A stretch of 61,128 nucleotides of DNA, the filler included, from Asterionella formosa (taxonomy: Eukaryota): NCBI GenBank assembly GCA_002256025.1. It is 15 parts of 15 records of this genome, joined end to end, with 100 filler letters (N's around TTAATTAATTAA, not from the genome) between each part and the next. Parts side by side here need not be neighbours in the genome. Positions count along the whole stretch, not along the records: positions 36,795 to 40,770 come from NKIB01013786.1; positions 40,871 to 44,845 come from NKIB01013787.1; positions 44,946 to 48,920 come from NKIB01013788.1; 12 more parts are not named here. One strand, given 5' to 3'. The notes under the pieces were generated by a model that saw only the letters and a list, made by a program, of their open reading frames with translations, made no database searches and was not told the origin of the DNA. Shown here piece after piece: positions 37,039-49,020 of the stretch; the first letter of the stretch is position 1, and every line of letters begins with the position of its first letter. The position numbers and the translations under genes were made by a program.

Positions 37039-39315
37039 TATCTAAAAAACTGAGCTAACAACGACGAAAACAAGTTCTGGTGGCAATTTCTAATCTTTGT
37101 CTTCAATATTGGTGCAAAATATTTTGTTATTGAACGATTACCTCGTCTATGTTAGGCTTGATGTATGTACAAAATAGCAATAGTTGATTGTTATTTTTCG
37201 TGGAGATATTCAGTCCAATAATTTCGTAATGATAAGGACGGAGTTGCTGTCTCAGCGTCCCCCTTCTACGGAACATCGCTTAGTACAAATCAAATTTACT
37301 TACTACCGGTATGTATGTAGCTATGTGAAAAATATATAATATTCCGGTCTATTTATTAGTATAATTTGAAGTGGTACCAATAGTCCTAGTATGCATGCAT
37401 ATACCGGTAGTACTTACCATTGGCAGAGCGGTGCAGCCCAACATGTGATGGATGTGGATTACACCTTGTATGTGAATTACATACACATAGACATAGACAC
37501 GTTTACTACCGATACTACTGGTAGAGCGAGTATTGTATTATGATGTCGAGGCATGTCGATAACTTCATATGTAGAATCTTATGCATATGATTTTGTGTAA
37601 ATTCGGACATCCAGTGTATATTATCGATGATAATACAAAAATTGTAAATAATTCTCGATATTCCATAAGTAAACGAAAATAGTCATTTAAATTTAGTTAG
37701 GAAAATATTCTATCATTGATAGAAATTATTCTCGATTTGCTACATATTTAGTCAAAAAATAATAATCACGAATTCCCCAAAAGGCAATTGTGCATTTAGA
37801 AACACTTTTGTGCAAGGATGGTATTTTCTCTAGTCCAAATTGGTGAAGGTTTTGTTCGTGGTATTGTTTGTGCATGCAATTTCTCAACCGTGCTCTTGCT
37901 TCAGTCATTGAAGTGCTTCACTGTCAACATCATTGAGAGCGCACCAATTTGAATTGAATGATGGTATAGGATTGGTGAATTGCGATGATGGCAATGCTTG
38001 GGCTCGAAAAGCCAACATGATTCAAACATTTTCAGACATTCTTTTTTGCTGTAGGACTCAATGATGTATTTGTATTTTGCTAAAATCGCAAGATAATTAT
38101 TGACGTTGTCAAAAGATACACTATTATAGAGATTAGTCTCCCATTAACCTTAAAATGATTATCCTCATACTGTTATCGGTTTCGCAAATGAGTTATTGGG
38201 TCCAAATCAAGGTATACCTTGTTTGGGCATGTCCAAAACAAAATATACCTTAAATTGGAACAGATGATCTGACTGGTTAACCAATACAAAGGCGAATGCA
38301 AAATAGTAGAACCAATACAGCAAGGTTCACCTTATATTGGACATTAAATCTTATTTCGGAGAAACTATTCATACCTTGTATAAAAAAATCTTGCATTGGA
38401 AAAAGAGCCTATTTCTTTGTATTGGCGAGAACACGGATTTGCAACCCTAACGACGAAGCTAGCCAATGCAAGGTCAACCTTCTTCTGGTAAATCACTTTT
38501 TCACCTTGTATTGGATTCCATTACAAGGTCAGGAACTTAAGTCATTATTACGAAAGTTAGTACATCCGGTAGATCGTTTCGAAAACGTCGTCGTCACATA
38601 GGAGCAATATATTGTTCTTAAGCAATTTCTTTCTTACAAACCACCTTTATACTCAAATTCACCGGCATGAATCATACTCTTGCTTGATCGACCATGTCGA
38701 TGGGTGAGAAGCACCAGTCAACACATAAATTTCATTGCTGCATCATCAGCATCAAGCAACAACAATAAAAATCGTCGCCGCATGTAATCCCAACATGCCT
38801 ACTGCATCCAATCTTCTGGTAGAATTTTGATACTACATAATATATGTTTTGGAGGATTGAGTGAGCTTTGGTGGAGGCCTGCTTGTCAGAATAGCAAAGA
38901 TGAGGAGGAGAAGGTAATCCCAGTCATTGCGACTGGTGTCAGAGTTATCACAATTCTTGCCGCCTTCATCGTTGATTAGTATCAAATGTCATTGCTGGAA
39001 TGTCTTTTAATGACATGCATGTTTTCTTTCATGAACTTCCTGAAGTACGACGCACAGCTTGCGATTTAATTGAACATGAAGACACACAGTAAAAATCTCG
39101 GCAATGGAGGAGTCTTGGGTGTATCTTTGATCCATCATCACGTTCGGAGAAATCTTATAGTAGTACGTTAAAGCTATCCAATAATTGCACTCATGTTCAA
39201 ATAAATGGACACAATTTACACCGGTTTTAGTATTCATCTGTACGGTACAACGGGACCTGTCTCCTTTTCAGCCACACACCCCAGAACCCTAGGGACAACA
39301 TAAAAGAACGACAGG

Positions 39316-39380
39316 TAGAGAATGCAGGAATCGAACCGGCCACCTCATGAGGTGTGATAACCAGCCACTAAGCCATTCCA
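39316..39380 (-). pseudogene. tRNA-like sequence (pseudo-tRNA or tRNA-derived SINE head)
   Basis: Minus strand has box A TGGCTTAGTGG and box B/T-loop GGTTCGATTCC. The anticodon arm and acceptor stem are not canonical. Confidence 0.5.
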
Positions 39381-39521
39381 TTTTATAATGCAGCAACCAA
39401 CCCCAATTTACTGTTGATTTCAATAATATTTCTCGATATTCTTTGTAAACAAAAAATTCATTTGAAATTTAGTTAGGAAAAATTCCATCATTGATTGAAA
39501 CGATTATTGATTTGCTAGATA

Positions 39522-39810
39522 TTGTCATCGACTTCATCATGACAGTAACTATGTGCTAATTGTTTATTGCAAAAGATCAGATGAGGAGGAAAACAACCAT
39601 TTTGCGCATTATCTTTTTACTATAAATGATGGATTATGTCAAGTCCGTGATCCAGGAAAAGATGCAAGTTTGGATGAACATAATGATCAAGTATTCAACC
39701 TTGCCCGTAAGTACTGCATCATCCCTGGATGCTGCAGACAATTAAAACTGTTTCGCACCGATACAGGATATCTTCCACAAGAATACCATACACCTGAAGA
39801 AATTGGTTTA
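39522..39810 (+). pseudogene. Fourth fragment of the Ulp1-like gene, cut by another element at 39811
   Basis: LIVYCKRSDEEENNHFAHYLF...QVRDPG...TPEEIGL. Matches about 24675-24962. Confidence 0.8.
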
Positions 39811-40280
39811 TCGTCTTGCCATTCGGGTACTTCTAAGTTATTTTTAGGCTCTAAGTAATTTCTTAAGTAATTTTTATTTAAGGGCAATATGGGGCACATC
39901 GAATTTTTCGGCAAAAATTAAAATTAAAGATTTTAGCATGACAACCAGAATAACGGTAATATGCATGGAGATGGTACAACAAGCGTAAAACACACGAGAA
40001 TGATTGTAACATGCAACATCAATGAAAATTGAACATGATGTTTGGAGCAACCAAAGTATGAAATGCGATGTAATAAGTAGTTTCAAATGATAAATAGAAA
40101 AAATTGTTTTGGGTTAGAAATGAAGTGAAAAATAGGAGTTTCAATGGAGACGTATGCATTGTGACATTGTACTACTTACACAGGCAACATTGAGTTTCCA
40201 TCACCACACAATCGAAGACCGAAAGAAGAAGAAGAAAAGCTGAACCCAATGTAGACCTGCATCGTTATGTAGCGTAAATG
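39811..40280 (+). repeat. TC-starting end of the Helitron-like element
   Basis: Reverse complement of about 59035-59501. Begins A|TCGTCTTGCCATTCGGGTAC. Confidence 0.8.
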
Positions 40281-40905
40281 GTATGGTTGCTGCAACCATG
40301 CACATCGCTGTAGGAGCCTGACACAAATTGCAGTCCTTCCGCCCACAGTCCTCATTCCTCCCACCAAACAACCCTGATCATCATTCCATTCCATTCTGAT
40401 TGAGTATAATCGCCAGGCTGCTCGCTCCAGCACTATTGACTCCCTCTAGCTGAATATACATAGCTTCGGATACGAACTCGTAGTAGAAATGTAGCAAAGC
40501 GCGTTAGTACAAGAAAAGCATTGCTTGGCGGCAATATTGACATCATTGTCAACGACTATACAAATCAACAAATACGATCAACAACGGCACAATACCACAT
40601 CTTCAATGAGTAGTCATTGATAAATGCATTGGTTCTTATGTAGATATATACAATCGAAACAAGACGACAGTGCGGAACGACAAACAATGGCGGAACAAGG
40701 GATCAAAACAAACCACGGAAGCAATCAAATCGGAAAGTCGATAAATACGATCTACAATCCACAATCAGTGNNNNNNNNNNNNNNNNNNNNNNNNNNNNNN
40801 NNNNNNNNNNNNNNTTAATTAATTAANNNNNNNNNNNNNNNNNNNNNNNNNNNNNNNNNNNNNNNNNNNNATAAAATTAACTTAGGACTAGTATAAGGGA
40901 AATCT

Positions 40906-40988
40906 CTTCATTGTCCTGGACCCCCCTTAAGTAAAATCAGTCAAATTCAGTCACGGCAGTGTACATTGGGGGGTCCAGGACAATGAAG
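40906..40988. repeat. 83-bp hairpin with a perfect 21-bp inverted repeat
   Basis: cttcattgtcctggacccccc ... ggggggtccaggacaatgaag. Confidence 0.85.
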
Positions 40989-41446
40989 TATACGGTATAC
41001 TTGAATACAGGGTAGACTGGGTACCTGGTACCAGGTACCGTTACACATAGTCGTAGCTATGTTGTGCACTGGTAAAGTGAACGGAGTCCCGGTAGCACCT
41101 TCGACAAAAAAATTATGTAGCGATATACCGATACTGTTTAGACTGGGTACCAACCAGGTACCTGGTACATAAAGTCGTCGCTATGTAGTACCGGTAGTTA
41201 ACTAGCACCTTCGACAAAGCTCAGTATATATACAACCTTGTATAGAGTGGGTAATACCATCACCTCTAATAGTTTTGTCATGAAATGAAATCCCTTGTTG
41301 TACTTCCCCAGTTTTCTAGTAATATGCATGCTAACATGTAAACCATGAAACTACTAGTAGATAAAATAGTTAATAACAATTGAGGTACTAAACAAGCAAT
41401 GTAAATACTAAAGAGATTGCAAATTTTTAAATTTCAATGAAATTAT

Positions 41447-43060
41447 TTAAACACACAGTAGTGAATGCCTACCAGTGCAAAAATCTTGTATCAGATGCAT
41501 GAGTATGTATGTTACTGTTTGGTCTTGGCCATATGGCTCATAAATTAGGTCTATTGCAGTGTTTGCAGGAGTAGTATAACCAGCACAAACTAGCATTGCA
41601 ACTGTCTCCCACAGAATTTTGCACCAGCAGTAAATACATTTCAGTCTACTCCTTTCAACCCTTGTTGTAAAAAGCCTTGCTGAATTTTGCCCTCCAATCC
41701 CAACTCCCATACCTGTCAAAGAACAACTAGCATCTTTAGTGTCTTACTAGCATTGTACTAGTCTGGATCAACAGCCATTTTACTTTCCAAATCGTTTTAT
41801 TTTGGGTTAAATTGCTGAAAGACTATTTAGGTTTAAGCAAATGATGGAATCTACTTTAATCAAGACAACTTTAAGCAATATTTTTCTTAAACTTTGTAGA
41901 CAAGCATGCACAGTCCTTAATTCAAATGTACATGACTGCATGTCTCGCTACAGAAGGAAAGAAATTTACCAGCATTAGTCTACCAGTACTTTGTCAACAA
42001 CATGCTGGTAATAACAGTGGATCGCTATGTGTAGCAGCCATTATTTCATAATGATGTTCTGTACTCCTGTAAGCACTCACATGTATGCTGCATGAAGGGG
42101 CTGCTGCCAAACATTAACTATAGGGTATTACTAGAAGTTTTGACAGCATACTTGACATTTGTCAGCTTTCACCACTATACAACTTGCCAATTCGTAATCA
42201 ATCAATTCTCAGTAGATAAAAAACTTATTTAACATCTGTTGCTCCAATTCTTCATGTTATCGACGTAGCCGTAGTCTTATTTGTTGTGTAGTTACTGTTA
42301 AAGTGTCAAAGCTCCTCGTAACATGTTATTTTTAAAATTGTGCATCATTGATTTACATGAAAAAATGTGCCATCAGCGGCTTCAATTTTCGTTGTCAATA
42401 TCAGTGTAATTAGCATAATTGTTTTGATTGTACTGTCGATGATGTCGTTATTATACATACCAAATATAGTCGTTCTTATTTTTCAGCAAGTTATTTGTTA
42501 TCTTTGTCACGGTCAAGGCTGAGACAACATTTTGCAATATTCACTCTCCAGCCATTCATAATGACTACACCGTAGAGTTTTAAATAGAGAAAAAGCATAA
42601 TTTAAGCTAAATAATTACATTCTAGTGCCTATGTGGGCTACCTCGGGTGCCCTGTACATGAATCCATCAAAAGGTATATGATATGTTGCATGTTTCATGG
42701 GCAATACATTGCTTACTTCACCTTATGTTTACCAGTATGTTGTATCGCTCATGAACTACAGTGCGTGTTATGTAGGTATGCGGCTGTGATGGAATTTGGG
42801 TTGAAATGATGACATCACATACTAAGGGAAATTGATACTTTAATCAAAATGGTCAAACATTAAGCAAATCCTAGCTATGGTACCTGTTTGTATGAGAGCT
42901 ACAGAATTCTTGGTCAGTGCATCAATAGCTTCAAAAGGTTTGGCTTTAAAAACTGTCATATTCTCTTGATACTCTTTACCATTACATTTTTGTGACACTT
43001 CATTGCTTGCTACTTCAGCCCAAGCTGACTTTCGCGGTACATACTTACAACAAGAAGACC
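41447..43060 (-). mobile_element. Highly decayed Crypton-like (tyrosine recombinase) element with a GCR1_C-like C-terminus
   Basis: 41447-41719 gives GIGGQNSARLFTTRVERSRLKCIY..K.LWETVAMLV.AGY...TAIDLIYEPYG..TVT.IL..LIQD..TG.H.LL, typical of the C-terminal domain of stramenopile Crypton-type proteins. There is weaker similarity upstream (Q...IARI near 42870). Confidence 0.5.
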
Positions 43061-44370
43061 AGTTTTGAGTGAAATTGTCAAAGTTATTGTGTCGACCAGA
43101 AACTTTGTTATTATTGAAACAGATCTTGTAATGCGCATTTAGAAATTCCATAACCTCTGAAAATTGTTCGCTATCCAACATATCAAAAGTGAGGGGATAG
43201 TTATCATCAATTCTGTGGTATTCAAACTAGTCGTTTTTGAATGCCGTGGATCCAACTGTATCCTTGTCTATGTCCATGTAGGTATCCAATATCTTGTCCC
43301 AAACTGCTCTATGGGGGAATTTCCTTTCACCCAACTCACAGATAGTTGGAGCATTCCCAAGACACAAAATATCTTGCCAATGTTTCTCGTCGAAGATGTT
43401 ATTAATTAATCGATAGTATGTGCCATGCTTCTTAATGTATTTGGGAGCAGTTGCAGCATTTCTTTTTCTTTGATTCTTGGAAGGTCGTCCCTGTTTCTTA
43501 ATATTCCGGTGGGATCCTTCAGAATCGTCACCCGATAAAATATCAGCAGGATCTGGAGATGTAAATGCAGACAATTGGAAAGGAGATAGTTCGGAATCTG
43601 TACTTGAGTCGTTGACAATATCTTCTCTGGAAGTAGAAAGTTGCTTTGATATTAGTAGGCGAGGAGTCTTCCTTGTTGATAATTCATATCAGCAGGATCT
43701 GGAGATGTAAGGGCAGACAATTGGAAAGGAGAGAATTCGGAATCTGTACTTGAGTTGTTGACAATATCTTCTCTGGAAGTAGAAAGTTGCTTAGATAGTA
43801 GTAGGCGAGGAGTCTTCCTTCTTGTTGATAATTCAGGAGTAAAGGGAGCGCCGTTCTTTTCAGATTCTTTTTTAGGCGAGTAGAATTCTTCAGTGCTGAT
43901 GATTCAGGAGTAAAGGGAGCGCCGTTTCTTTTCAGATACATCTTTGGTTCTTTTGATGACTTTTTGTTGTATCCTATCATGTCTCGACAATCAAGTGTCT
44001 TTAACCTTTTCTCAATGAGGGTAATCATAATTATCTTTGTTCTGTTTCTGTATCCGGCGATTTTAAAGTGAACAGAAATACGAAGAAGTTGTTGTAGGGA
44101 TATCGATTGAATGAATATGTCTTTTATTGTCATCAAAGACCCTTCATTGTCAATGAAAAAATCAGCAGGAGTGATACATGTAACCCACTGGTCATTCTGT
44201 TTCCTTGCTGCAGAGTAAGTTTCATTGTCCGAATGATGCCATTGCGCAAGTCGTTTACAAGTGATGAAAAGCATTACTTCATGAGTAGCTAGAGATAATA
44301 ATAATTGCTGCTGAGAATCTTCTCTTATCTGAAACTCAATGTGCATGAACGAGGAGACTGGGCTGACAAT
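43060..44370 (-). pseudogene. Decayed repeat-associated stramenopile protein with an internal ~147-bp tandem duplication (43540-43832)
   Basis: Motifs GTYYRLINNIF...EL....H...W and Y......VSG.H..F..F are spread over frameshifted ORFs. Function unknown. Confidence 0.4.
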
Positions 44371-44845
44371 CATCTAAGCCGCGTATTACGTGAAGTGACC
44401 ATCACGTAAATAAGCCTAGTTGATTTTGAATGGATCACATGAATTAGTTGAATACATCAAAATGCTTACTTGAATATATCTATATGTTATCTGAATACAT
44501 CACGTTCATTATTTGATCCAAGTATCATGCATGCATTCCTGATCATCACTATATTACTTGATCACCTTCACATAATTATTTGAAATACTTCACATAATTA
44601 TTTGAAATACTTCAATTAATTCTGTAATTCAGTTCACAATGCCTTAAATTTTTGTTCACGTAATTCTATAATATAGTTCACGTAATTTATTAAATTTTTT
44701 TACGTAATTTAAAAGTATTATCAAATAATGTTGATTACTAATTCAACAACCGGTATTTCACATTACATGGGAAACAAATCTCGATATGCAATCAAACAAA
44801 GCTGTTCTATCAGAATGGAATCTTCAGTCTTGAGAAGGCAGGCAT
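44371..44845 (+). repeat. End fragment of the Helitron-like element
   Basis: Near-identical to 58545-58988. Starts at CATCTAAGCCGCG. Confidence 0.9.
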
Positions 44846-44945
44846 NNNNNNNNNNNNNNNNNNNNNNNNNNNNNNNNNNNNNNNNNNNNTTAATTAATTA
44901 ANNNNNNNNNNNNNNNNNNNNNNNNNNNNNNNNNNNNNNNNNNNN

Positions 44946-47204
44946 ATGGAATTAATTGGCCTTCCTGACACTACTACTGCTATGATTATGGATGACACGA
45001 TATCACATCATTCCAGCATTAGTGGTACAAGCAGTAATATCCTGTCATTTCGACAAGTACAACAACATCATGCACTTCATAGCCGATCCAACAGTTTGGG
45101 AAGTTGTTGTTCCTGTGATTCATTTAGTACATTAGGAACTCAAACTAATGATGCATCCTCCCCTTCTTCTTGTGCTAAATATGTTATGATATACTTTGCA
45201 ACACAATCAGGAACATCCGCATATTATGCATCACAATTATTTCGAGAAGGTCAAGGGATGGGATTTGATATTGGTGTACGGTCTATCAAGTCATTGGCAG
45301 ATGCCATTAAGGAGGAAACAACAACTACTACTACTGTTGCTGCTGCTGCTGAACCACCAGAAGTTGCCATCCGACGTATCATGATTCCTCATCAAACAAT
45401 TTCAGGGAAAGAGCGTGGTCGTGCTGTCTTTTTAGTATCTACATATCATGATGGAGGCCCCACAGATGATGCTAAAGAGTTTGTGGATATATTGAATGGA
45501 TTGTTGGAATCAAAAAACACAACATGTTTGAAGGGGTTGCGATATTCAGTATTTGGCTTTGGAGACTCGTCGTATGGACAATCCTACAATATCCAAGGAA
45601 AATTGTATGATCGTATACTTCATGAATTGGGAGGAAAGAGAGTAGTACACGCAGGAGTTGCAGATGCCAAAAAGGATGTGGACTATGACTTTGAGAGTTG
45701 GAAGTGGAAGGTATTTTGGCCTAAATTTGCCAATCTTTTGGCCAAGGATTGTCGAGTCTTGTCAAAGGTGGATTCAGGAGAAGCGTCCGTCGAAACCACG
45801 AAGAAGGGTAACAACACTTCGTCCGCGAGGAGAAATTCATTTCTTGCAAGTGGTGGAGATACGGGACCATCATCTACTGAGTTTGACCTTGAAATCGTGG
45901 AAACAAATAGTATCCGGCAATGTTGCAATGGTGGACTAGGGAAAATTCACCCAGGGTCTCGCCATTTGATAAAGGGGGTAGATTGTCAAGTCAAATCGGT
46001 AACGGCGCTGTGGCGAGCTCCAGATGCTCCTGTTACAGGCTCTGTTGTGCACATTGAATTTGACCTGATGTCGTTTAATGATTTGGGACCACTCAAATAC
46101 GTTACTGGCGACAACATTGCAGTTTTACCGGTAAATCCAGCAACTGTGGTTGATGCTGTAGCACGACATTTGGACTATACGCTGGATGCTTCCTTTGTGC
46201 TCGTGCCAAAGAGAGGTAGCACGATCACAGACTTTTATCCCAAACTTCCAACACCGTGTACAGTACGAGAGTATCTATCACTATATGCAGAACTGGGGTT
46301 ACCTCCACGAAGGGTCACGATTAGAATCCTTTCAAAATTTGCCACACTATCAAATGAGCGTGACGAGCTTTACAGACTTTCATCCAAGAAAAACTACCAA
46401 CTGTACAAGACTAAGATTGTCAATGAGCACATTGGACTCGGCGAGATGATTACGAAATACTATCCATCGATTCGAATTCCATTGATCAATTTCATTGAAA
46501 TGTGCTCGGCACTGCAACCTCGATGGTACAGCGTTTCCTCTTCCTCACTCGTCGATCCTAAAACGCTGAGTTGCACCTTTTTCGTTGTGGCTCTGCCTCG
46601 TTCCGTCGATGACTCTAAATGTTATGGAATATGCTCGAATTATATGGCCAACCTACGGGAAGGAGACGCAGTACGGATCATGAAGATGGGATCGTCGGGC
46701 TTTGTCGTGCCACAAAATCCCAGGTCTCCATTGATTATGATATCCAATGGTACAGGTGTGGCCCCCATGCGTGCATTGTGCCAAGAACGGCACTATCAAA
46801 AGACTATATTGAATGCAGATGTAGGGCCAACGGAACTTTTCTTCGGTGTTCGAAACCGCAATGCTGACTTTTTGTTCAAATATGAATTTGCAATGTACCT
46901 TGAGAGCGAGTCATTGAGCGGGCTTCATTTGGCGTGCAGTCAAGAGCAAGAAGAAAAGGTTTATGTTCAGCACCTGTTTAAGGAGCAGGAGGATCATATT
47001 TGGGAGATGCTAGACCTCCAAGGAGGCTATATTTATGTCTGTGGAGCGAGTACCATGGGATCCGACATTGAAGTTATTCTACGAGGACTTGTCGCTCGGA
47101 AGCTTGGAGGTACCGCGATCTCAGTGGAGGCATACATGGAGAATTTGGTAAGAGCCGGTCGTTATATCCGTGAGGGGTGGACGTTAAAGGTAGATGAGTT
47201 GTAA
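44946..47204 (+). CDS. Diflavin NADPH oxidoreductase (cytochrome P450 reductase-like; FMN, FAD and NADPH domains)
   Basis: Flavodoxin motifs FATQSGTS, STYHDGGPTDDA and YSVFGFGDSSY. FAD motifs LQPRWYSVSSS and GICSNYM. NADPH motifs GTGVAPMR, LFFGVR, KVYVQH and IYVCGA. Confidence 0.92.
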   Translation: MELIGLPDTTTAMIMDDTISHHSSISGTSSNILSFRQVQQHHALHSRSNSLGSCCSCDSFSTLGTQTNDASSPSSCAKYVMIYFATQSGTSAYYASQLFREGQGMGFDIGVRSIKSLADAIKEETTTTTTVAAAAEPPEVAIRRIMIPHQTISGKERGRAVFLVSTYHDGGPTDDAKEFVDILNGLLESKNTTCLKGLRYSVFGFGDSSYGQSYNIQGKLYDRILHELGGKRVVHAGVADAKKDVDYDFESWKWKVFWPKFANLLAKDCRVLSKVDSGEASVETTKKGNNTSSARRNSFLASGGDTGPSSTEFDLEIVETNSIRQCCNGGLGKIHPGSRHLIKGVDCQVKSVTALWRAPDAPVTGSVVHIEFDLMSFNDLGPLKYVTGDNIAVLPVNPATVVDAVARHLDYTLDASFVLVPKRGSTITDFYPKLPTPCTVREYLSLYAELGLPPRRVTIRILSKFATLSNERDELYRLSSKKNYQLYKTKIVNEHIGLGEMITKYYPSIRIPLINFIEMCSALQPRWYSVSSSSLVDPKTLSCTFFVVALPRSVDDSKCYGICSNYMANLREGDAVRIMKMGSSGFVVPQNPRSPLIMISNGTGVAPMRALCQERHYQKTILNADVGPTELFFGVRNRNADFLFKYEFAMYLESESLSGLHLACSQEQEEKVYVQHLFKEQEDHIWEMLDLQGGYIYVCGASTMGSDIEVILRGLVARKLGGTAISVEAYMENLVRAGRYIREGWTLKVDEL

Positions 47205-47288
47205 AATGGATGTCATTGTTTTATACATTGATAAGGACACTTCCCGTCAGTCGATTATGTTGAACGAATGTTGTTCACACAAGGAAAT

Positions 47289-48911
47289 CTATAGCTCCAC
47301 GTTTGATCTGCTTTCTCCTGTCTCGCGTTGCTGATCTTTCATCATTTTGTCATTAGTAATGTCTACATCATTTTCGAAGGTACTATCACTTATACTCGAT
47401 GCTTCTCTTGCCACTCGTATTGAATCCTTCTCATTCCCTGCCATACCAGTTCCGACCATGTCATCATCACATACAAATTCTTGAATCAATCGTTTCCGAG
47501 TTGACGAGAATCCCATATTAGGAAGGATATCCGCCTGCAACATGAAGAAATTGAATCGAAGTAGTTTCCGTTCTGGATGATTGACAACATCATGTTCCAC
47601 ATCCCATTGATAGCATAGATAATTCCAAAGGGCATTATGCTCTTCATTTCCCATTTCTCCCAAGTATGGAAAGGATCTCCATCGTCCTGGTCGTGCATCG
47701 TATGTAGTTGTTGTTGTTGTTGACGACCCACTACTTTTTGGCATGTTCCAATCAACATTTGTTGAAAAACGTCCCCATACATCTACAATGGATCCATCTG
47801 CCAATCGACCAGGAGCAATTTCCCAAGTGACATATTCTTCAGCCCCAGTAAATACATTCCATCGATTATGAAGGAGTGTACTCCAAATATGTGTCATGGC
47901 TTGATGGCCACTACTACATTGAATGGACATGGTATCAAGCCATATTGAACCAAATACAAATGGTAGAATGAAGAGGGCTTGGTAACAATAGTGCCACCTT
48001 TTTCCACCAGACGGTTCGAAGGGATTCTTATTTGTTGTTGATGCTATCGGTTGATGTTGCAAAGGAAGAAATACAATCCAAGATACGCATGCTGCAAGAC
48101 TGAGAAGGACAGTATTCCAGACAGTGATTGCAATACCAATATGAAGGGAACAAATAATGGCCACTACAACGTTCACGATCCTATTCCAACCAAAGTAAGA
48201 TGCCAAAAAGGCTACAGGTGCAGATAATAATTCGACATATACAACAGTCGGTGTCAAAAGTCGCAACCCTTGTGGCTTGAGCAAGGCGTAGAGGTAGGAT
48301 GCTCCCAGTGTGTGACGAGCATAAGTGTCCAAGGCAGGGAGGGGGTCGGCACTATAAGTCCACCCACCTAGTGGATCATTGTACTTTCCCAACCCAGCAT
48401 CCAAGTAAATCCATGTTACTTGAAGTTTGAGTGCCACAGTAGCGAATGAAAGAATTCTACCGGGGTTGTTTGTTTTCCGTTGAGGGCAAATTGAAATAGC
48501 CCAGCAATGATCCAAGGGCAGAAACATGGCATAAAAGAGCAAGTAGTGATAGTATCGATCCAGAATAAAGCTCAGCCATGTATTTCTCAATGTCAAGCTG
48601 AAGTATAGGAACCAGCTGATGATTGCCATGTATCTGGTTTTGTATCCAATGGCAAGGCCAAATGCAAAGGCACATTGGAGGCCAAGCAATAGTTGCTGAA
48701 CCATGAGCTGTCCAGAGAGACAATGCACGCACATTAGTTTGTAAATGGCATCGACATTGGGAATTAGTACACTTAGTGGATGCGTTCCTTCATCTGTATA
48801 AAAGGCATGGAGGAAGCGAAACCTGAGCAGGAGCTCCGCCAACAAGATGGTACCCAGAGCTATCCTATACAACGCCAGCGCTTTTGTGGTGCAGCCAAAG
48901 ACAGCTTTCAT
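47289..48911 (-). CDS. HTTM-domain membrane protein (vitamin K-dependent gamma-carboxylase-like superfamily); N-terminus may extend off the contig
   Basis: LALYRIALG...LLRFRFLHAFYTDEG, IGYKTR, SL.LRN, FLPL, LQV.WIYLDAG.GK, LHIGI, W.VF and PGRLADGSIVDV..RWR match the HTTM family layout. Confidence 0.85.
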   Translation of the reverse strand: MKAVFGCTTKALALYRIALGTILLAELLLRFRFLHAFYTDEGTHPLSVLIPNVDAIYKLMCVHCLSGQLMVQQLLLGLQCAFAFGLAIGYKTRYMAIISWFLYFSLTLRNTWLSFILDRYYHYLLFYAMFLPLDHCWAISICPQRKTNNPGRILSFATVALKLQVTWIYLDAGLGKYNDPLGGWTYSADPLPALDTYARHTLGASYLYALLKPQGLRLLTPTVVYVELLSAPVAFLASYFGWNRIVNVVVAIICSLHIGIAITVWNTVLLSLAACVSWIVFLPLQHQPIASTTNKNPFEPSGGKRWHYCYQALFILPFVFGSIWLDTMSIQCSSGHQAMTHIWSTLLHNRWNVFTGAEEYVTWEIAPGRLADGSIVDVWGRFSTNVDWNMPKSSGSSTTTTTTYDARPGRWRSFPYLGEMGNEEHNALWNYLCYQWDVEHDVVNHPERKLLRFNFFMLQADILPNMGFSSTRKRLIQEFVCDDDMVGTGMAGNEKDSIRVAREASSISDSTFENDVDITNDKMMKDQQRETGESRSNVEL

Positions 48912-49020
48912 TCCTCCTCTNNNNNNNNNNNNNNNNNNNNNNNNNNNNNNNNNNNNNNNNNNNNTTAATTAATTAANNNNNNNNNNNNNNNNNNNNNNNN
49001 NNNNNNNNNNNNNNNNNNNN

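Noticed and set aside
39316..39380. Functional tRNA gene
   Set aside because: A canonical cloverleaf could not be built; kept only as a tRNA-like remnant.
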